From contig LVZN01000006.1 in NCBI GenBank assembly GCA_001695645.1, positions 40,242 to 72,241 of the forward strand: 32,000 nt of DNA, given 5' to 3'. A model generated the notes under the pieces. That model searched no databases. It worked only from the letters and a program-made list of their open reading frames with translations, and was not told the origin of the DNA. Source of the stretch: Erysipelotrichaceae bacterium MTC7. GTDB taxonomy: Bacteria; Bacillota_I; Bacilli_A; Erysipelotrichales; Erysipelotrichaceae. Shown here one piece after another: positions 1 to 8,375 of the stretch (position 1 is the stretch's first letter; every line of letters begins with the position of its first letter). The position numbers and the translations under genes are program-made.

Positions 1-457
1 GGGCATCGACAACAAGAATCATATCCTCACTAAACGAACGAATCGCAAGTTCTATTTTACCCACACGGTTTGTACCTTTGTCATTGATAAGTAAAATGGT
101 TTTTGTTTGTTGGCTTTTGAATGTATGGTACCAAGTTTTACCTTCTTCGATATCTTCATCGGCAAAAACAATAATTGCAATATCGCTTTTTAAAGCTGCA
201 AGTTTCGTTTTCTCCATCCGTTTTTCACCAAGTTCGCTCAGATCACCAAATCCGGCAGTATCAATAAAAACGACAGGTCCAACACCATGAAGTTCCATCG
301 CTTTGTAGACTGGATCGGTCGTTGTTCCCTCTTTATCAGAAACAATAGCAACGCTTTGTTTGGTTAAACCATTGAGCAAAGTACTCTTTCCACTATTAAC
401 CTTCCCAAAGATGCCAACGTGCAAGCGATTGGCATGCGGTGTGTGTTGTAGACTCAT
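1..457 (-). CDS. hydF: [FeFe]-hydrogenase maturation GTPase HydF, N-terminal part (truncated by window start)
   Basis: Manual translation from ATG at 457: MSLQHTPHANRLHVGIFGKVNSGKSTLLNGL... (P-loop GKVNSGKST), later FIDTAGFGD (G3). SD AGGAGGGA lies 5 nt upstream. Sits directly after hydE-hydG. The reading frame stays open to position 1. Confidence 0.85.
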   Translation of the reverse strand, partial: MSLQHTPHANRLHVGIFGKVNSGKSTLLNGLTKQSVAIVSDKEGTTTDPVYKAMELHGVGPVVFIDTAGFGDLSELGEKRMEKTKLAALKSDIAIIVFADEDIEEGKTWYHTFKSQQTKTILLINDKGTNRVGKIELAIRSFSEDMILVVDA

Positions 458-466
458 ACATCCCTC

Positions 467-1879
467 CTAAAATCTAAAATCACGTTTTCCCTCATGAAGT
501 TGATCAAGATACGCTTGTGCTTTTTCTTTTACTTTTTCATTTGGAATACGTTGCATTTCACGAGCTATGACTTGTTCACCCAAAGTTCTAGTTTCCTCAC
601 TTGCATAATCTTCTAAATATTCTTTAAGTGTCATTAAAGCGTTGGGTTGACAGATGTTAGCAATTTGTCCGTTTTTAACTAGCGACATAAAGCGGTCTCC
701 TGTCCGTCCTTCGCGATAACATGCCGTACAGAAACTTGGCACATGTCCAAGCGATAATAACCAGTTCACAATTTCATCCAAGGTTCTTGTATCTTCCACA
801 TCGAATTGCGCACTGTTTTCTTCTTCTTTTTCTGCATAACCACCAACACTTGTCGATGATGCACCTGAGATTTGTGAGACTCCTAATTCAAGTACACGTT
901 CTCTTGATTTTTGCGTTTCTCTGGTGGATATGATCATTCCTGCATAGGGAGCACTAATTCGAGTGACCGCAGTTAACTTAGCGAAAATATCGTCACTGAT
1001 TGCATCTTTGAAATCTTCTGGATTGATATCATCTGCGGCACGAATGCGTGGCAAGGAAATCGTGTGAGGTCCACAACCCTTAGCCGCTTCTAAGTGTTCT
1101 GCATGCATCAGTAGACCCACAAAGTCGTATTTGTAGGACTGTAAACCAAAAAGTACACCAATACCTACGTCATCAATTCCTGCATCCATAGCGCGGTCCA
1201 TTGCTTCGGTATGGTAAGCATAGTTGTGCTTTGGTCCTTTTGGATGAAGTTTTTCATAGTTGTCTTTATTGTAAGTTTCTTGGAATAAAATGTAGGTTCC
1301 AATACCCGCGTCTTTTAAACGTTTATAGTTTTCCACCGTCGTTGCTGCGATGTTCACATTGACACGACGAATGGCTCCATTTTTGTGATGAATCGAATAA
1401 ATCGTCTTAATACTTTCCAATACGTATTCGATTGGTGAATGGATGGGATCTTCCCCTGTTTCCAAAGCCAAGCGTTTATGCCCCATATCTTGCAAGGCAA
1501 TGACTTCTTTCTTAATTTCTTCCTGTGTTAATTTTTTGCGGGCAATCGTTTTGTTTTCATAGTGATATGGGCAATACACACAGCCATTCACACAGTAATT
1601 TGATAAGTATAATGGGGCAAACATCACAATGCGGTTGCCATAAAACTTTTGTTTGATCTCTTTGGCAAGTGTTTCAATACGTGCGTTTTCTTCTGGTAAA
1701 TCACACTCCAATAAAACAGCAGCTTCACGATGCTCCAGCCCTTGATACATCTCTGCCTTCTTTAGAATCTCATCAATCAGTTGCTTATTGCTTTTATTTT
1801 CTTTTGCGTAAGTTAGCGTTTCAAGAATTTCATCATGACTGATAAACTCTTCCGCCTTATTTGACATTTTGTTGTACAT
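467..1879 (-). CDS. hydG: [FeFe]-hydrogenase maturase HydG (radical SAM tyrosine lyase)
   Basis: 470 aa. Radical-SAM CX3CX2C motif (CVNGCVYC). C-terminal CTAC-22 residues-C matches the HydG-specific CX2CX22C cluster motif, which ThiH lacks. SD GAGGGAG upstream, with a TAATG overlap to hydE. Confidence 0.9.
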   Translation of the reverse strand: MYNKMSNKAEEFISHDEILETLTYAKENKSNKQLIDEILKKAEMYQGLEHREAAVLLECDLPEENARIETLAKEIKQKFYGNRIVMFAPLYLSNYCVNGCVYCPYHYENKTIARKKLTQEEIKKEVIALQDMGHKRLALETGEDPIHSPIEYVLESIKTIYSIHHKNGAIRRVNVNIAATTVENYKRLKDAGIGTYILFQETYNKDNYEKLHPKGPKHNYAYHTEAMDRAMDAGIDDVGIGVLFGLQSYKYDFVGLLMHAEHLEAAKGCGPHTISLPRIRAADDINPEDFKDAISDDIFAKLTAVTRISAPYAGMIISTRETQKSRERVLELGVSQISGASSTSVGGYAEKEEENSAQFDVEDTRTLDEIVNWLLSLGHVPSFCTACYREGRTGDRFMSLVKNGQIANICQPNALMTLKEYLEDYASEETRTLGEQVIAREMQRIPNEKVKEKAQAYLDQLHEGKRDFRF

Positions 1880-2937
1880 TACTTTTCTCCCTCTTTCTTA
1901 TAATCTCCTCTATCGTAGGAAATGGTGTAGCCAATGGCTTGCAATCTTGCTTCCAACAAATGCAAACTCTCTGCTGCTTCGGCATTCATGTTTGCTTTGT
2001 TGTTGTATAAGCTATACGCTTCGCGATGCTCCACTGGTGATAAGTTAGGCATGACGACATTGGCACCAGCCAAGATCCCTTTTTCTCTTCCATCATTTGA
2101 TATTGTTGCAAGTGCAGTCGTTGATGGTATTAGTGCTTGTGGATGCATTAAGCGTAGAATGGCAAGTAAGTTTATCGTCATTTCTACATCACCTTTTTTT
2201 TCATCTTTAAAAGGTGTATCTTTATGTGGTAAATATGGTCCTAGTCCAATCATTTGTGGTTGTAATTTTTCTAAAAAGTGAATATCTGCCACAATATGGT
2301 CCAAAGTTTGGTAAGGTGAACCAACCATGATTCCACTACCCACTTGGAAACCAATTTCTTTTAAATCCCATAAGCATTGCACGCGATCTTGAATGCGCAT
2401 ATTGCTTGGATGTAACTTTGCATAGTGATTTTCGCAAACACTTTCGTGTCGTAATAGATAACGATTGGCTCCTGCATCAAAATACTTTTGATACACATCT
2501 TTTGATTTTTCTCCCAAACTCAAGGTGATGGCACAATCAGGATAGTTAGTACGAATACTTTTGATAATATCGACCATCAAAACATCATCATAACTACCAT
2601 CTTCTCCACCTTGCATCACAAAGGTCTTAAACCCAAGTGCATAGCCTTGTTTACATGCCGATAAGATTTCTTCTTTGTTTAAATGGTATCGGGAGACATG
2701 ATGGTTGCTTTTGCGTATGCCGCAGTAATAACAGTCATTTTTACAGTAATTGGATATCTCAATCAAACCCCGAATAAAAACGCCATTTCCATAGATGGAT
2801 TGGCAAACCTCACGGGCAGCTTTATGTAGATATGCCTGTTTCTTTTCATCCTTTGTTTGTAGTAGGATTTTATACTCTTCATCACTCACTGCTCGTTTAG
2901 CTTGTAAACGATCCACAATCTCTTTAAACTTTTGCAT
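1879..2937 (-). CDS. hydE: [FeFe]-hydrogenase maturase HydE (radical SAM)
   Basis: 352 aa. CKNDCYYC radical-SAM motif near the N-terminus. BioB-like length and layout. Located between the TM1266-like gene and hydG. Confidence 0.88.
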   Translation of the reverse strand: MQKFKEIVDRLQAKRAVSDEEYKILLQTKDEKKQAYLHKAAREVCQSIYGNGVFIRGLIEISNYCKNDCYYCGIRKSNHHVSRYHLNKEEILSACKQGYALGFKTFVMQGGEDGSYDDVLMVDIIKSIRTNYPDCAITLSLGEKSKDVYQKYFDAGANRYLLRHESVCENHYAKLHPSNMRIQDRVQCLWDLKEIGFQVGSGIMVGSPYQTLDHIVADIHFLEKLQPQMIGLGPYLPHKDTPFKDEKKGDVEMTINLLAILRLMHPQALIPSTTALATISNDGREKGILAGANVVMPNLSPVEHREAYSLYNNKANMNAEAAESLHLLEARLQAIGYTISYDRGDYKKEGEK

Positions 2938-3169
2938 ATAAGGTTTTGCTGTTGATGCCTTTAATCATACCTAGTTTTCCAGATAATGCAGAGATGATAT
3001 CCTGTGGTGCATCCATAATAATCGTCACCACATTTACATTGCGTTTTCGGTAAGGGATTCCCATACGCCCAACAATGTATTCACCATATGCAGATAGTAA
3101 TTTGTTCATTTCTTCAGTCGCTTGGTTATCTTCAACAAAGATCCCAATTTGTGCAATTCTTGTGTCCAT
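2924..3169 (-). CDS. TM1266-like small ACT/ferredoxin-fold protein (putative iron-only hydrogenase system regulator family)
   Basis: The ORF-track start at 3181 is a TTG inside the SD. The ATG at 3169 (MDTRIAQIGIFVEDN...) follows GGAGGA. At ~81 aa its size and position as first gene of the hydE/G/F cluster fit the TM1266 family (family name recalled from memory). Overlaps the hydE start by 14 nt. Confidence 0.7.
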   Translation of the reverse strand: MDTRIAQIGIFVEDNQATEEMNKLLSAYGEYIVGRMGIPYRKRNVNVVTIIMDAPQDIISALSGKLGMIKGINSKTLYAKV

Positions 3170-3321
3170 CGTGTCCTCCAATAAAAATATCCTTGCCTGA
3201 GTGACAAGGATGAGACCACATGAAAAAAACTACACATGATTTCGCCTTCATCCGCGGGACGTACCCTTGTACTCAGAACGTATGTTACTTGTAGTTTAGC
3301 GAATCCACAAACAAAATGCAA
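3170..3321 (-). promoter_or_regulatory. Putative sigma-A promoter plus ~115-nt structured 5' leader of the hyd maturase operon
   Basis: Minus strand TTGCAT (3321-3316), 17 nt, TAAACT (3298-3293). The leader segment CUGAGUACAAGGG (3276-3264) is complementary to the 5' arm and loop of the terminator hairpin, giving alternative pairing. Confidence 0.4.
3181..3210 (-). terminator. Leader hairpin plus U-tract (candidate attenuator terminator) immediately upstream of the hyd operon SD
   Basis: Minus strand: UCCUUG-ucacucagg-CAAGGA followed by UAUUUUUAUU, then GGAGGA and ATG. The stem is only 6-7 bp, so this is a weak, regulatable terminator. Confidence 0.45.
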
Positions 3322-3440
3322 GCACTTACACTATTTCTCACGAACCATTTTTCTAGCGAAAGAGTGAGCATTACAGTAGTATCCGTAGTACAATATGGTT
3401 ATAATTAATGAAACATACTATAAAAGAAAGGGGTCTTACC

Positions 3441-3734
3441 ATGAAACGTTTAAATAAAGTATTAGGAGTCGCTGCTGGTGCCGTATTGGCAACTGGAGCT
3501 GGTGTGTTTGTTGCTACAAAAGTAAAGGAACGCCAAGTAAAAAAAGCCTTCGCTCAAAAAGATCCAGAAGAGCTAATCAACACATTGAAAGAAGCTGAAA
3601 TGCTATTGGATTTTGCTGGTGACGATATGGATGAAGAAACAAAAGCTAAATTTGAAAAAGCAAAAGCTAAACTAACAACAAAAGTTGGACAAGATAAGAT
3701 TGTTCATGTTGTTGAAGAAAAATTAGAGAAATAA
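3441..3734 (+). CDS. Small N-terminally membrane-anchored helical protein (hypothetical, YtxH-like appearance)
   Basis: The ATG at 3441 is preceded by AAAGGGG. MKRLNKVLGVAAGAVLATGAGVFVATK forms a hydrophobic helix, followed by a K/E-rich helical region. Only plus-strand gene in the first 28 kb. Followed by a strong terminator. Confidence 0.6.
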   Translation: MKRLNKVLGVAAGAVLATGAGVFVATKVKERQVKKAFAQKDPEELINTLKEAEMLLDFAGDDMDEETKAKFEKAKAKLTTKVGQDKIVHVVEEKLEK

Positions 3735-3740
3735 GCGCAA

Positions 3741-3780
3741 AAAAGCAATCCTCACAAATATGAAGGATTGCTTTTTTTAT
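3741..3780. terminator. Bidirectional intrinsic terminator
   Basis: AAAAGCAATCCT-cacaaatatga-AGGATTGCTTTTTTT. An A-run and a T-run flank an 8-9 bp stem. It serves the plus gene ending at 3734 and the minus gene ending at 3777. Confidence 0.75.
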
Positions 3781-4937
3781 GCATAATACCCTGCAACATA
3801 CCCAGTAATAAAGGCAATGGAGATGTTATATCCACCAGTGTATCCGTGGACATCCATCATCTCACCGGCAAAGGATATATTTGGATGCATTTTCGATTGC
3901 ATCGTCTTTGGATCAATGTCTTTGATTTTTATACCACCATCACTTACGAATGCTTGTTGTAAGCTACGCGTTGTATAAATCGTTAGTGGAAAGCGTTTAA
4001 TTTGCATAAGTGGATCGCCACCTTGTTTTTCAATGAATTGTAAGAAACGTTTGGGTAACCCATAGGTTTTCGCCAAGGATAACAGTCCATTTGTCTTTAT
4101 TTCTTTTGCGAGTTGTTCATTACTTACATCAGCTAAAAAATCAAGCGCAAGTGTTACTGGACCTTTTTGTAATTGTTTATTGATATGACTGCTTGTACGT
4201 AAAGCGCCAGGTCCTGATAAACCAAAATGTGTAAAAATCACATCATGACGAACAAGGTCTTTGTATTTATTATTCTTCTTGATTTTTATTTGGACATCAG
4301 GAAAGGATAAGCCCTGCAGTTCTTTACTTTGAATGATTGCATCGTTGCTTACCAAAGACACTTCAGCAGGAAGTATCTTGGTAACACTATGATCGGTTTG
4401 CAATGCAAGTTGGTATCCCAGTCCATCACTACCTGTGGTTGGATAACTCTTCCCTCCGCAAGCCAAAATCAAATGGTCAAAAACAAAAGAACCTTGATTG
4501 GTCACCACTTGCTTGTTTTGTAAATCGATTTGCTTTACAGTTTGTTGGTACTTGATATTCACACCTAACTCTTTTAAAGTTTGTCTTAAAACAGCGATAA
4601 CATCTTCTGCTTTTTCCGTTGTTGGAAATAAGCGATGATGGTCTTCTTCCTTAAAAGGCAGTCCTGCTTCTGTAAAAAACTGTTCGATATCATCGAGTGT
4701 AAATTGTTGTAAGGCACTATACAAAAACTTTCCATTGCGTACGGTGTCTTTAATGAACTGTTCAGGTGAAACACGAACGCTTAAATTGCAACGACCTCCA
4801 CCACTTAAAGACAGTTTCATACCCAATGTATGATTGCGTTCTAATAGATACACTTGTGCATCTGTATGATTTTTTTTAGCGGATATAGCTGCCATCATAC
4901 CAGCTGGTCCACCTCCGACAATAACGATATTTCTCAT
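3777..4937 (-). CDS. HI0933/BaiN-family NAD(P)/FAD-dependent oxidoreductase
   Basis: MRNIVIVGGGPAGMMAA Rossmann GxGxxG motif at the N-terminus, ~386 aa, C-terminal GGYNI motif typical of the family. The ORF-track start at 4973 is a GTG sharing one nt with the upstream stop, so the start is ambiguous between 4937 and 4973. Confidence 0.85.
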   Translation of the reverse strand: MRNIVIVGGGPAGMMAAISAKKNHTDAQVYLLERNHTLGMKLSLSGGGRCNLSVRVSPEQFIKDTVRNGKFLYSALQQFTLDDIEQFFTEAGLPFKEEDHHRLFPTTEKAEDVIAVLRQTLKELGVNIKYQQTVKQIDLQNKQVVTNQGSFVFDHLILACGGKSYPTTGSDGLGYQLALQTDHSVTKILPAEVSLVSNDAIIQSKELQGLSFPDVQIKIKKNNKYKDLVRHDVIFTHFGLSGPGALRTSSHINKQLQKGPVTLALDFLADVSNEQLAKEIKTNGLLSLAKTYGLPKRFLQFIEKQGGDPLMQIKRFPLTIYTTRSLQQAFVSDGGIKIKDIDPKTMQSKMHPNISFAGEMMDVHGYTGGYNISIAFITGYVAGYYA

Positions 4938-4972
4938 GTGCCCATTATAACAAAAGTAGCGTCTAAAAGACA

Positions 4973-5194
4973 CTACTTACTTTTTTCATCAACGATGATA
5001 TAGAGAATGTAAATTGCACTTAAAATAAGTGCTGGCCAAAACAAAAGCGATACGATGTTTAAAATCGTTTTTAAGATCCAAAAGATAAACCATATCACAA
5101 GTAAGGGAATCGCAAAGCGTATGATTGCTGTACTGTAATCTTCTTGTTTCCATGCATCTACAATGCTTTGAATATATGTCTCAAAGAAACCCAT
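4973..5194 (-). CDS. Hypothetical small membrane protein (2 predicted TM helices)
   Basis: 73 aa with two long hydrophobic stretches (IPLLVIWFIFWIL, LLFWPALILSAIYILYII). The start shares nt 5194 with the comEB stop, so it is translationally coupled. Confidence 0.55.
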   Translation of the reverse strand: MGFFETYIQSIVDAWKQEDYSTAIIRFAIPLLVIWFIFWILKTILNIVSLLFWPALILSAIYILYIIVDEKSK

Positions 5195-5679
5195 TACACA
5201 TTGTCCTCAATGTGCATGTTGATGGTATAGCGTTTTGGCAGTTTATCGTAAGTAACGCATGCTGCATCAAACATCTTACGCGATGCAATGGCTCCATCAC
5301 TGGTCCAGTTTTTATCACACTCGTAAACGACACGTGTGATTCCTGATTGAATGATGGCCTTAGCGCATTCATTACACGGAAATAACGATACGTATAAGGT
5401 ACAATCGCGTAAATCTGCCCCGCTGTTTAAAATCGCATTTAATTCTGCGTGGACAACATATGGATATTTCGTATCTAAAGTATCTCCTTCTTTTCCCCAA
5501 GGAAATGCATCATCATCGCATCCTTTAGGCAAACCGTTGTAGCCAATTCCTACAACTTTTTTGTCTTGAGAAACAATACAAGCACCTACTTGTGTGTTTG
5601 GATCTTTACTACGCAAAGCACTTAAATGTGCCAACCCAATAAAGTATTCATCCCATGATAAATAGTTTTCCCGTTTCAT
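5194..5679 (-). CDS. comEB: dCMP (deoxycytidylate) deaminase, ComEB family
   Basis: 161 aa with HAELNAI and PCNECAKAI zinc-binding deaminase motifs. SD GGAGGA upstream. Confidence 0.9.
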   Translation of the reverse strand: MKRENYLSWDEYFIGLAHLSALRSKDPNTQVGACIVSQDKKVVGIGYNGLPKGCDDDAFPWGKEGDTLDTKYPYVVHAELNAILNSGADLRDCTLYVSLFPCNECAKAIIQSGITRVVYECDKNWTSDGAIASRKMFDAACVTYDKLPKRYTINMHIEDNV

Positions 5680-5682
5680 TTT

Positions 5683-6933
5683 CTATTCCTCCGATAAATA
5701 ATTATGTAATTGGTTTTCTAGATGATTGGCATATCCATCCAAATGGATGTATTCCAAATCACGAATCACCTGACGGTTTGTATCATAGTAAATGTTCATG
5801 TTTGCACGTGGTTGTACAACAAAGTAACCAACAACAGCTAACACAATACTCATACTAATCGCAACGTGAATCTTGTAGGGTTTGAAACGACGTGCATGTG
5901 AGAATAAAAAGGCAATTACAATTCCAACCACAAACCCTCCAAGGTGTCCAGCCAAAGATATTCCTGGCATTAAAGAAATCAAAACGTTGATTACTACCAC
6001 TTGAATGACGCTTGCGCGTATTTGTGGAATTCGAATCATATCATTTTCAATGATGGATAATAAATACGCTCCTAAAAGTCCATAAAGACCTCCGGAGATC
6101 CCTACCATTAGTGCCGTTGGACTTACAATATACGTTAACAGTCCACCACCAAGAATGGATGCAAGTAAGATCACAATAAATTGTCGTCTAGGATACACGC
6201 GTTGCAAATAGTTTCCTAAATAATAAAGGGATACCATATTCACAAACAAGTGAATTATATCCGCGTGTAGAAAACCATAGGTAAACAAACGCCAGTACTC
6301 ATGTGCACCAGTAATAAAGTTGGTATAATAGGCACCACTAAGGATGAGTGTTGTATTCCAATCGTTACCAGCAACTTGATTTAAATGTTGTCCAAGCAAT
6401 ACTTGCAGTGCATAAACTACAACACAAAGGACAATCAAGCCAATGGTAAACTTTGGTATATTTTTACGTTTGGCTTCTTTTGCTTTCTTTTTCTGATACG
6501 CTTCTAAATTACGATTGACTTGTGCAACCGCTTCATCGTTATTTTCCACTGGATGTACATAAGAAGCTAGTTTTGGAAAAGCTTCTTGTAAGCGTGCATT
6601 GAGTGGTTCATATGACAATTGTATTTGTGTGAAGTTATCTTCTTGGAAAGCAACACTCTCTGGATTGCTATTGATGATAATGATTTCACCTTGCGCTTCT
6701 TTAGCAAAGATGAATTGTCCAAGAAACGACTTTACACGATTCAAATAATCTTTTTCGAATACAATAGACGAACTTACTTTACTCGTTAACCGAATAATAG
6801 GAAAATGTGGATTATCTTTATTTGTTAGCCATAGATCTTTCTTTTGTCCTTGAAAGCGAATGATATGGTATCCATAATTTGCAACCAAACAATCCATGAC
6901 TTGGTATAACATCACATCTCTATTTTCGATCAT
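5683..6933 (-). CDS. Rhomboid family intramembrane serine protease with ~190-aa N-terminal cytoplasmic domain (GluP/YqgP-like architecture)
   Basis: C-terminal multi-TM core with GISGGLYGLLG (catalytic Ser) and GHLGGF (catalytic His). WRLFTYGFLHADIIHL is also present. ATGA overlap with the rluD stop. Confidence 0.85.
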   Translation of the reverse strand: MIENRDVMLYQVMDCLVANYGYHIIRFQGQKKDLWLTNKDNPHFPIIRLTSKVSSSIVFEKDYLNRVKSFLGQFIFAKEAQGEIIIINSNPESVAFQEDNFTQIQLSYEPLNARLQEAFPKLASYVHPVENNDEAVAQVNRNLEAYQKKKAKEAKRKNIPKFTIGLIVLCVVVYALQVLLGQHLNQVAGNDWNTTLILSGAYYTNFITGAHEYWRLFTYGFLHADIIHLFVNMVSLYYLGNYLQRVYPRRQFIVILLASILGGGLLTYIVSPTALMVGISGGLYGLLGAYLLSIIENDMIRIPQIRASVIQVVVINVLISLMPGISLAGHLGGFVVGIVIAFLFSHARRFKPYKIHVAISMSIVLAVVGYFVVQPRANMNIYYDTNRQVIRDLEYIHLDGYANHLENQLHNYLSEE

Positions 6934-7844
6934 AGTTCCTCCATTTCTAAGTTATGTAGTACATCTAAGAATACTTGAGGAAGCTCACAATTGAAAGTCA
7001 TACGCTCATTTGTGCTTGGATGTACAAACGTGATTTCAAAGGCGTGTAGCAATTGCCCACCCACTTCCATCGTTTTGCGATACCCATAGGTAGGATCACC
7101 AACAATGGGATGTTTGATGTATTGCATATGCACACGAATTTGGTGTGTTCTTCCTGTTTCTAAGGTACATTCCACGAACGTATAATCGTGGAAACGTTGC
7201 AATACTTTAAAATGTGTCACCGCTTGTTTACTGTTGTGTTCTGTAATCGCCATACGTTTACGGTCTTTTACATCACGCCCAATTGGTGCATCGATGGTTC
7301 CATAGTCATGTTCAATCACACCATGAACCAATGCTTTATATTTTCTTGAGACACTTTTATCTTTCAGTTGTTCACTTAATGACAAATGTGCCTTATCATT
7401 TTTTGCGATTAATAAAAGTCCACTGGTGTCTTTATCGATGCGGTGTACAATCCCTGGACGTAACACGCCATTGATGCCACTTAGATCTTTACAGTGATAT
7501 AAGACTGCATTTACCAATGTTCCTTTTAAATTTCCCACTGCAGGGTGTACCACCATTCCTCGTGGTTTGTTGATGACCATGAGATCGCTATCTTCATAAA
7601 CGATTTCAATGGGAATGTTTTCTGCTTCCACTGCCAACACTTCATCATCAGGAATGTTTACCTGAATAACATCATCTAATTTCACTTTATAGTTTGCTTT
7701 TGTGGCAACTCCATTGACCAAAATATGGCCTTCTTTAATCAAGGTTTGCACGCGACTACGCGAAAAATCATAAGCTTCTGTTAGCAGCTTATCAAGTCGT
7801 GTTTCTTGATGATTTTCATTTACAATAATTTCTTCTCTAGTCAT
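6930..7844 (-). CDS. rluD: RluA/RluD-family 23S rRNA pseudouridine synthase
   Basis: 304 aa. N-terminal S4-like region, then HRIDKDTSGLLL catalytic motif and THQIRVH. Lies directly after lspA, as in many Firmicutes. Confidence 0.9.
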   Translation of the reverse strand: MTREEIIVNENHQETRLDKLLTEAYDFSRSRVQTLIKEGHILVNGVATKANYKVKLDDVIQVNIPDDEVLAVEAENIPIEIVYEDSDLMVINKPRGMVVHPAVGNLKGTLVNAVLYHCKDLSGINGVLRPGIVHRIDKDTSGLLLIAKNDKAHLSLSEQLKDKSVSRKYKALVHGVIEHDYGTIDAPIGRDVKDRKRMAITEHNSKQAVTHFKVLQRFHDYTFVECTLETGRTHQIRVHMQYIKHPIVGDPTYGYRKTMEVGGQLLHAFEITFVHPSTNERMTFNCELPQVFLDVLHNLEMEEL

Positions 7845-8319
7845 GTTTTTTAACCCCGTACATTTCTAATAATTCAAATAGCAACAATAAGGAAATTCCA
7901 ATAACTAGACACATATCGGCAATATTGAACACCGGAAAGTCATAACCAAAAAGATTAAAGTCAAAGAAATCTGTTACATATGCCATATGTAAACGATCCA
8001 GGAAATTTCCAATGGTTCCTGCAATCATTAACGTAATGGCAATGCTTGACATCCAAGAGTCTTTCCATGTACTCCATAGAAATATTGTCAACAACACCAA
8101 AGCGATAATGGTCACAATGAAAAACATGGTTTGTTCACCTGAGAATAACCCCCAAGCAGCTCCTGTATTTTGTACATGCGTAATGGCAAAAAAGCCCGGA
8201 ATCACCGTGTGACTTTGACCCACATGCATGGTTGTTTCAATGATTTGTTTGGTCCATTGATCCAGACCAATCGCAGCTAGTAAAACTACGAGTACTACCA
8301 ATAATTTTTTAACCCTCAT
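7837..8319 (-). CDS. lspA: Lipoprotein signal peptidase II
   Basis: 160 aa, 4 TM helices, with conserved NTGAAWG and FNIADMCLVIG motifs. Confidence 0.92.
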   Translation of the reverse strand: MRVKKLLVVLVVLLAAIGLDQWTKQIIETTMHVGQSHTVIPGFFAITHVQNTGAAWGLFSGEQTMFFIVTIIALVLLTIFLWSTWKDSWMSSIAITLMIAGTIGNFLDRLHMAYVTDFFDFNLFGYDFPVFNIADMCLVIGISLLLLFELLEMYGVKKHD

Positions 8320-8340
8320 ATATACCTCAATCGTGTTGTC

Positions 8341-8349
8341 ATTATATCA
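8341..8349 (-). promoter_or_regulatory. Extended -10 promoter element for lspA operon
   Basis: Minus strand TGaTATAAT lies ~22 nt upstream of GAGG and the ATG of lspA. The -35 region is poor (T-rich). Confidence 0.4.
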
Positions 8350-8375
8350 TTTTTACCCTATAGAAAAAAGGAATA

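Noticed and set aside
467-1879. Alternative call of the 470-aa radical SAM protein as ThiH (thiamine biosynthesis).
   Set aside because: The ~90-residue C-terminal extension with CX2CX22C, and the placement between hydE and hydF, are HydG-specific. No thi genes are nearby.
3226-3297. Long-range 8-bp helix AAACUACA...UGUAGUUU followed by U7, resembling a riboswitch P1 stem or a large terminator.
   Set aside because: The 5' arm overlaps the predicted -10 hexamer (TAAACT) and would probably not be transcribed. I could not match the enclosed sequence to a known aptamer. It remains only a caveat to the leader finding.
3106-3321. 71-aa minus-strand ORF spanning the hyd leader and running into the TM1266-like gene out of frame. 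It includes a possible leader peptide starting at the ATG near 3236.
   Set aside because: It crosses the terminator hairpin and the SD and overlaps the real gene in another frame. The composition is not protein-like. The region is better explained as structured untranslated leader.
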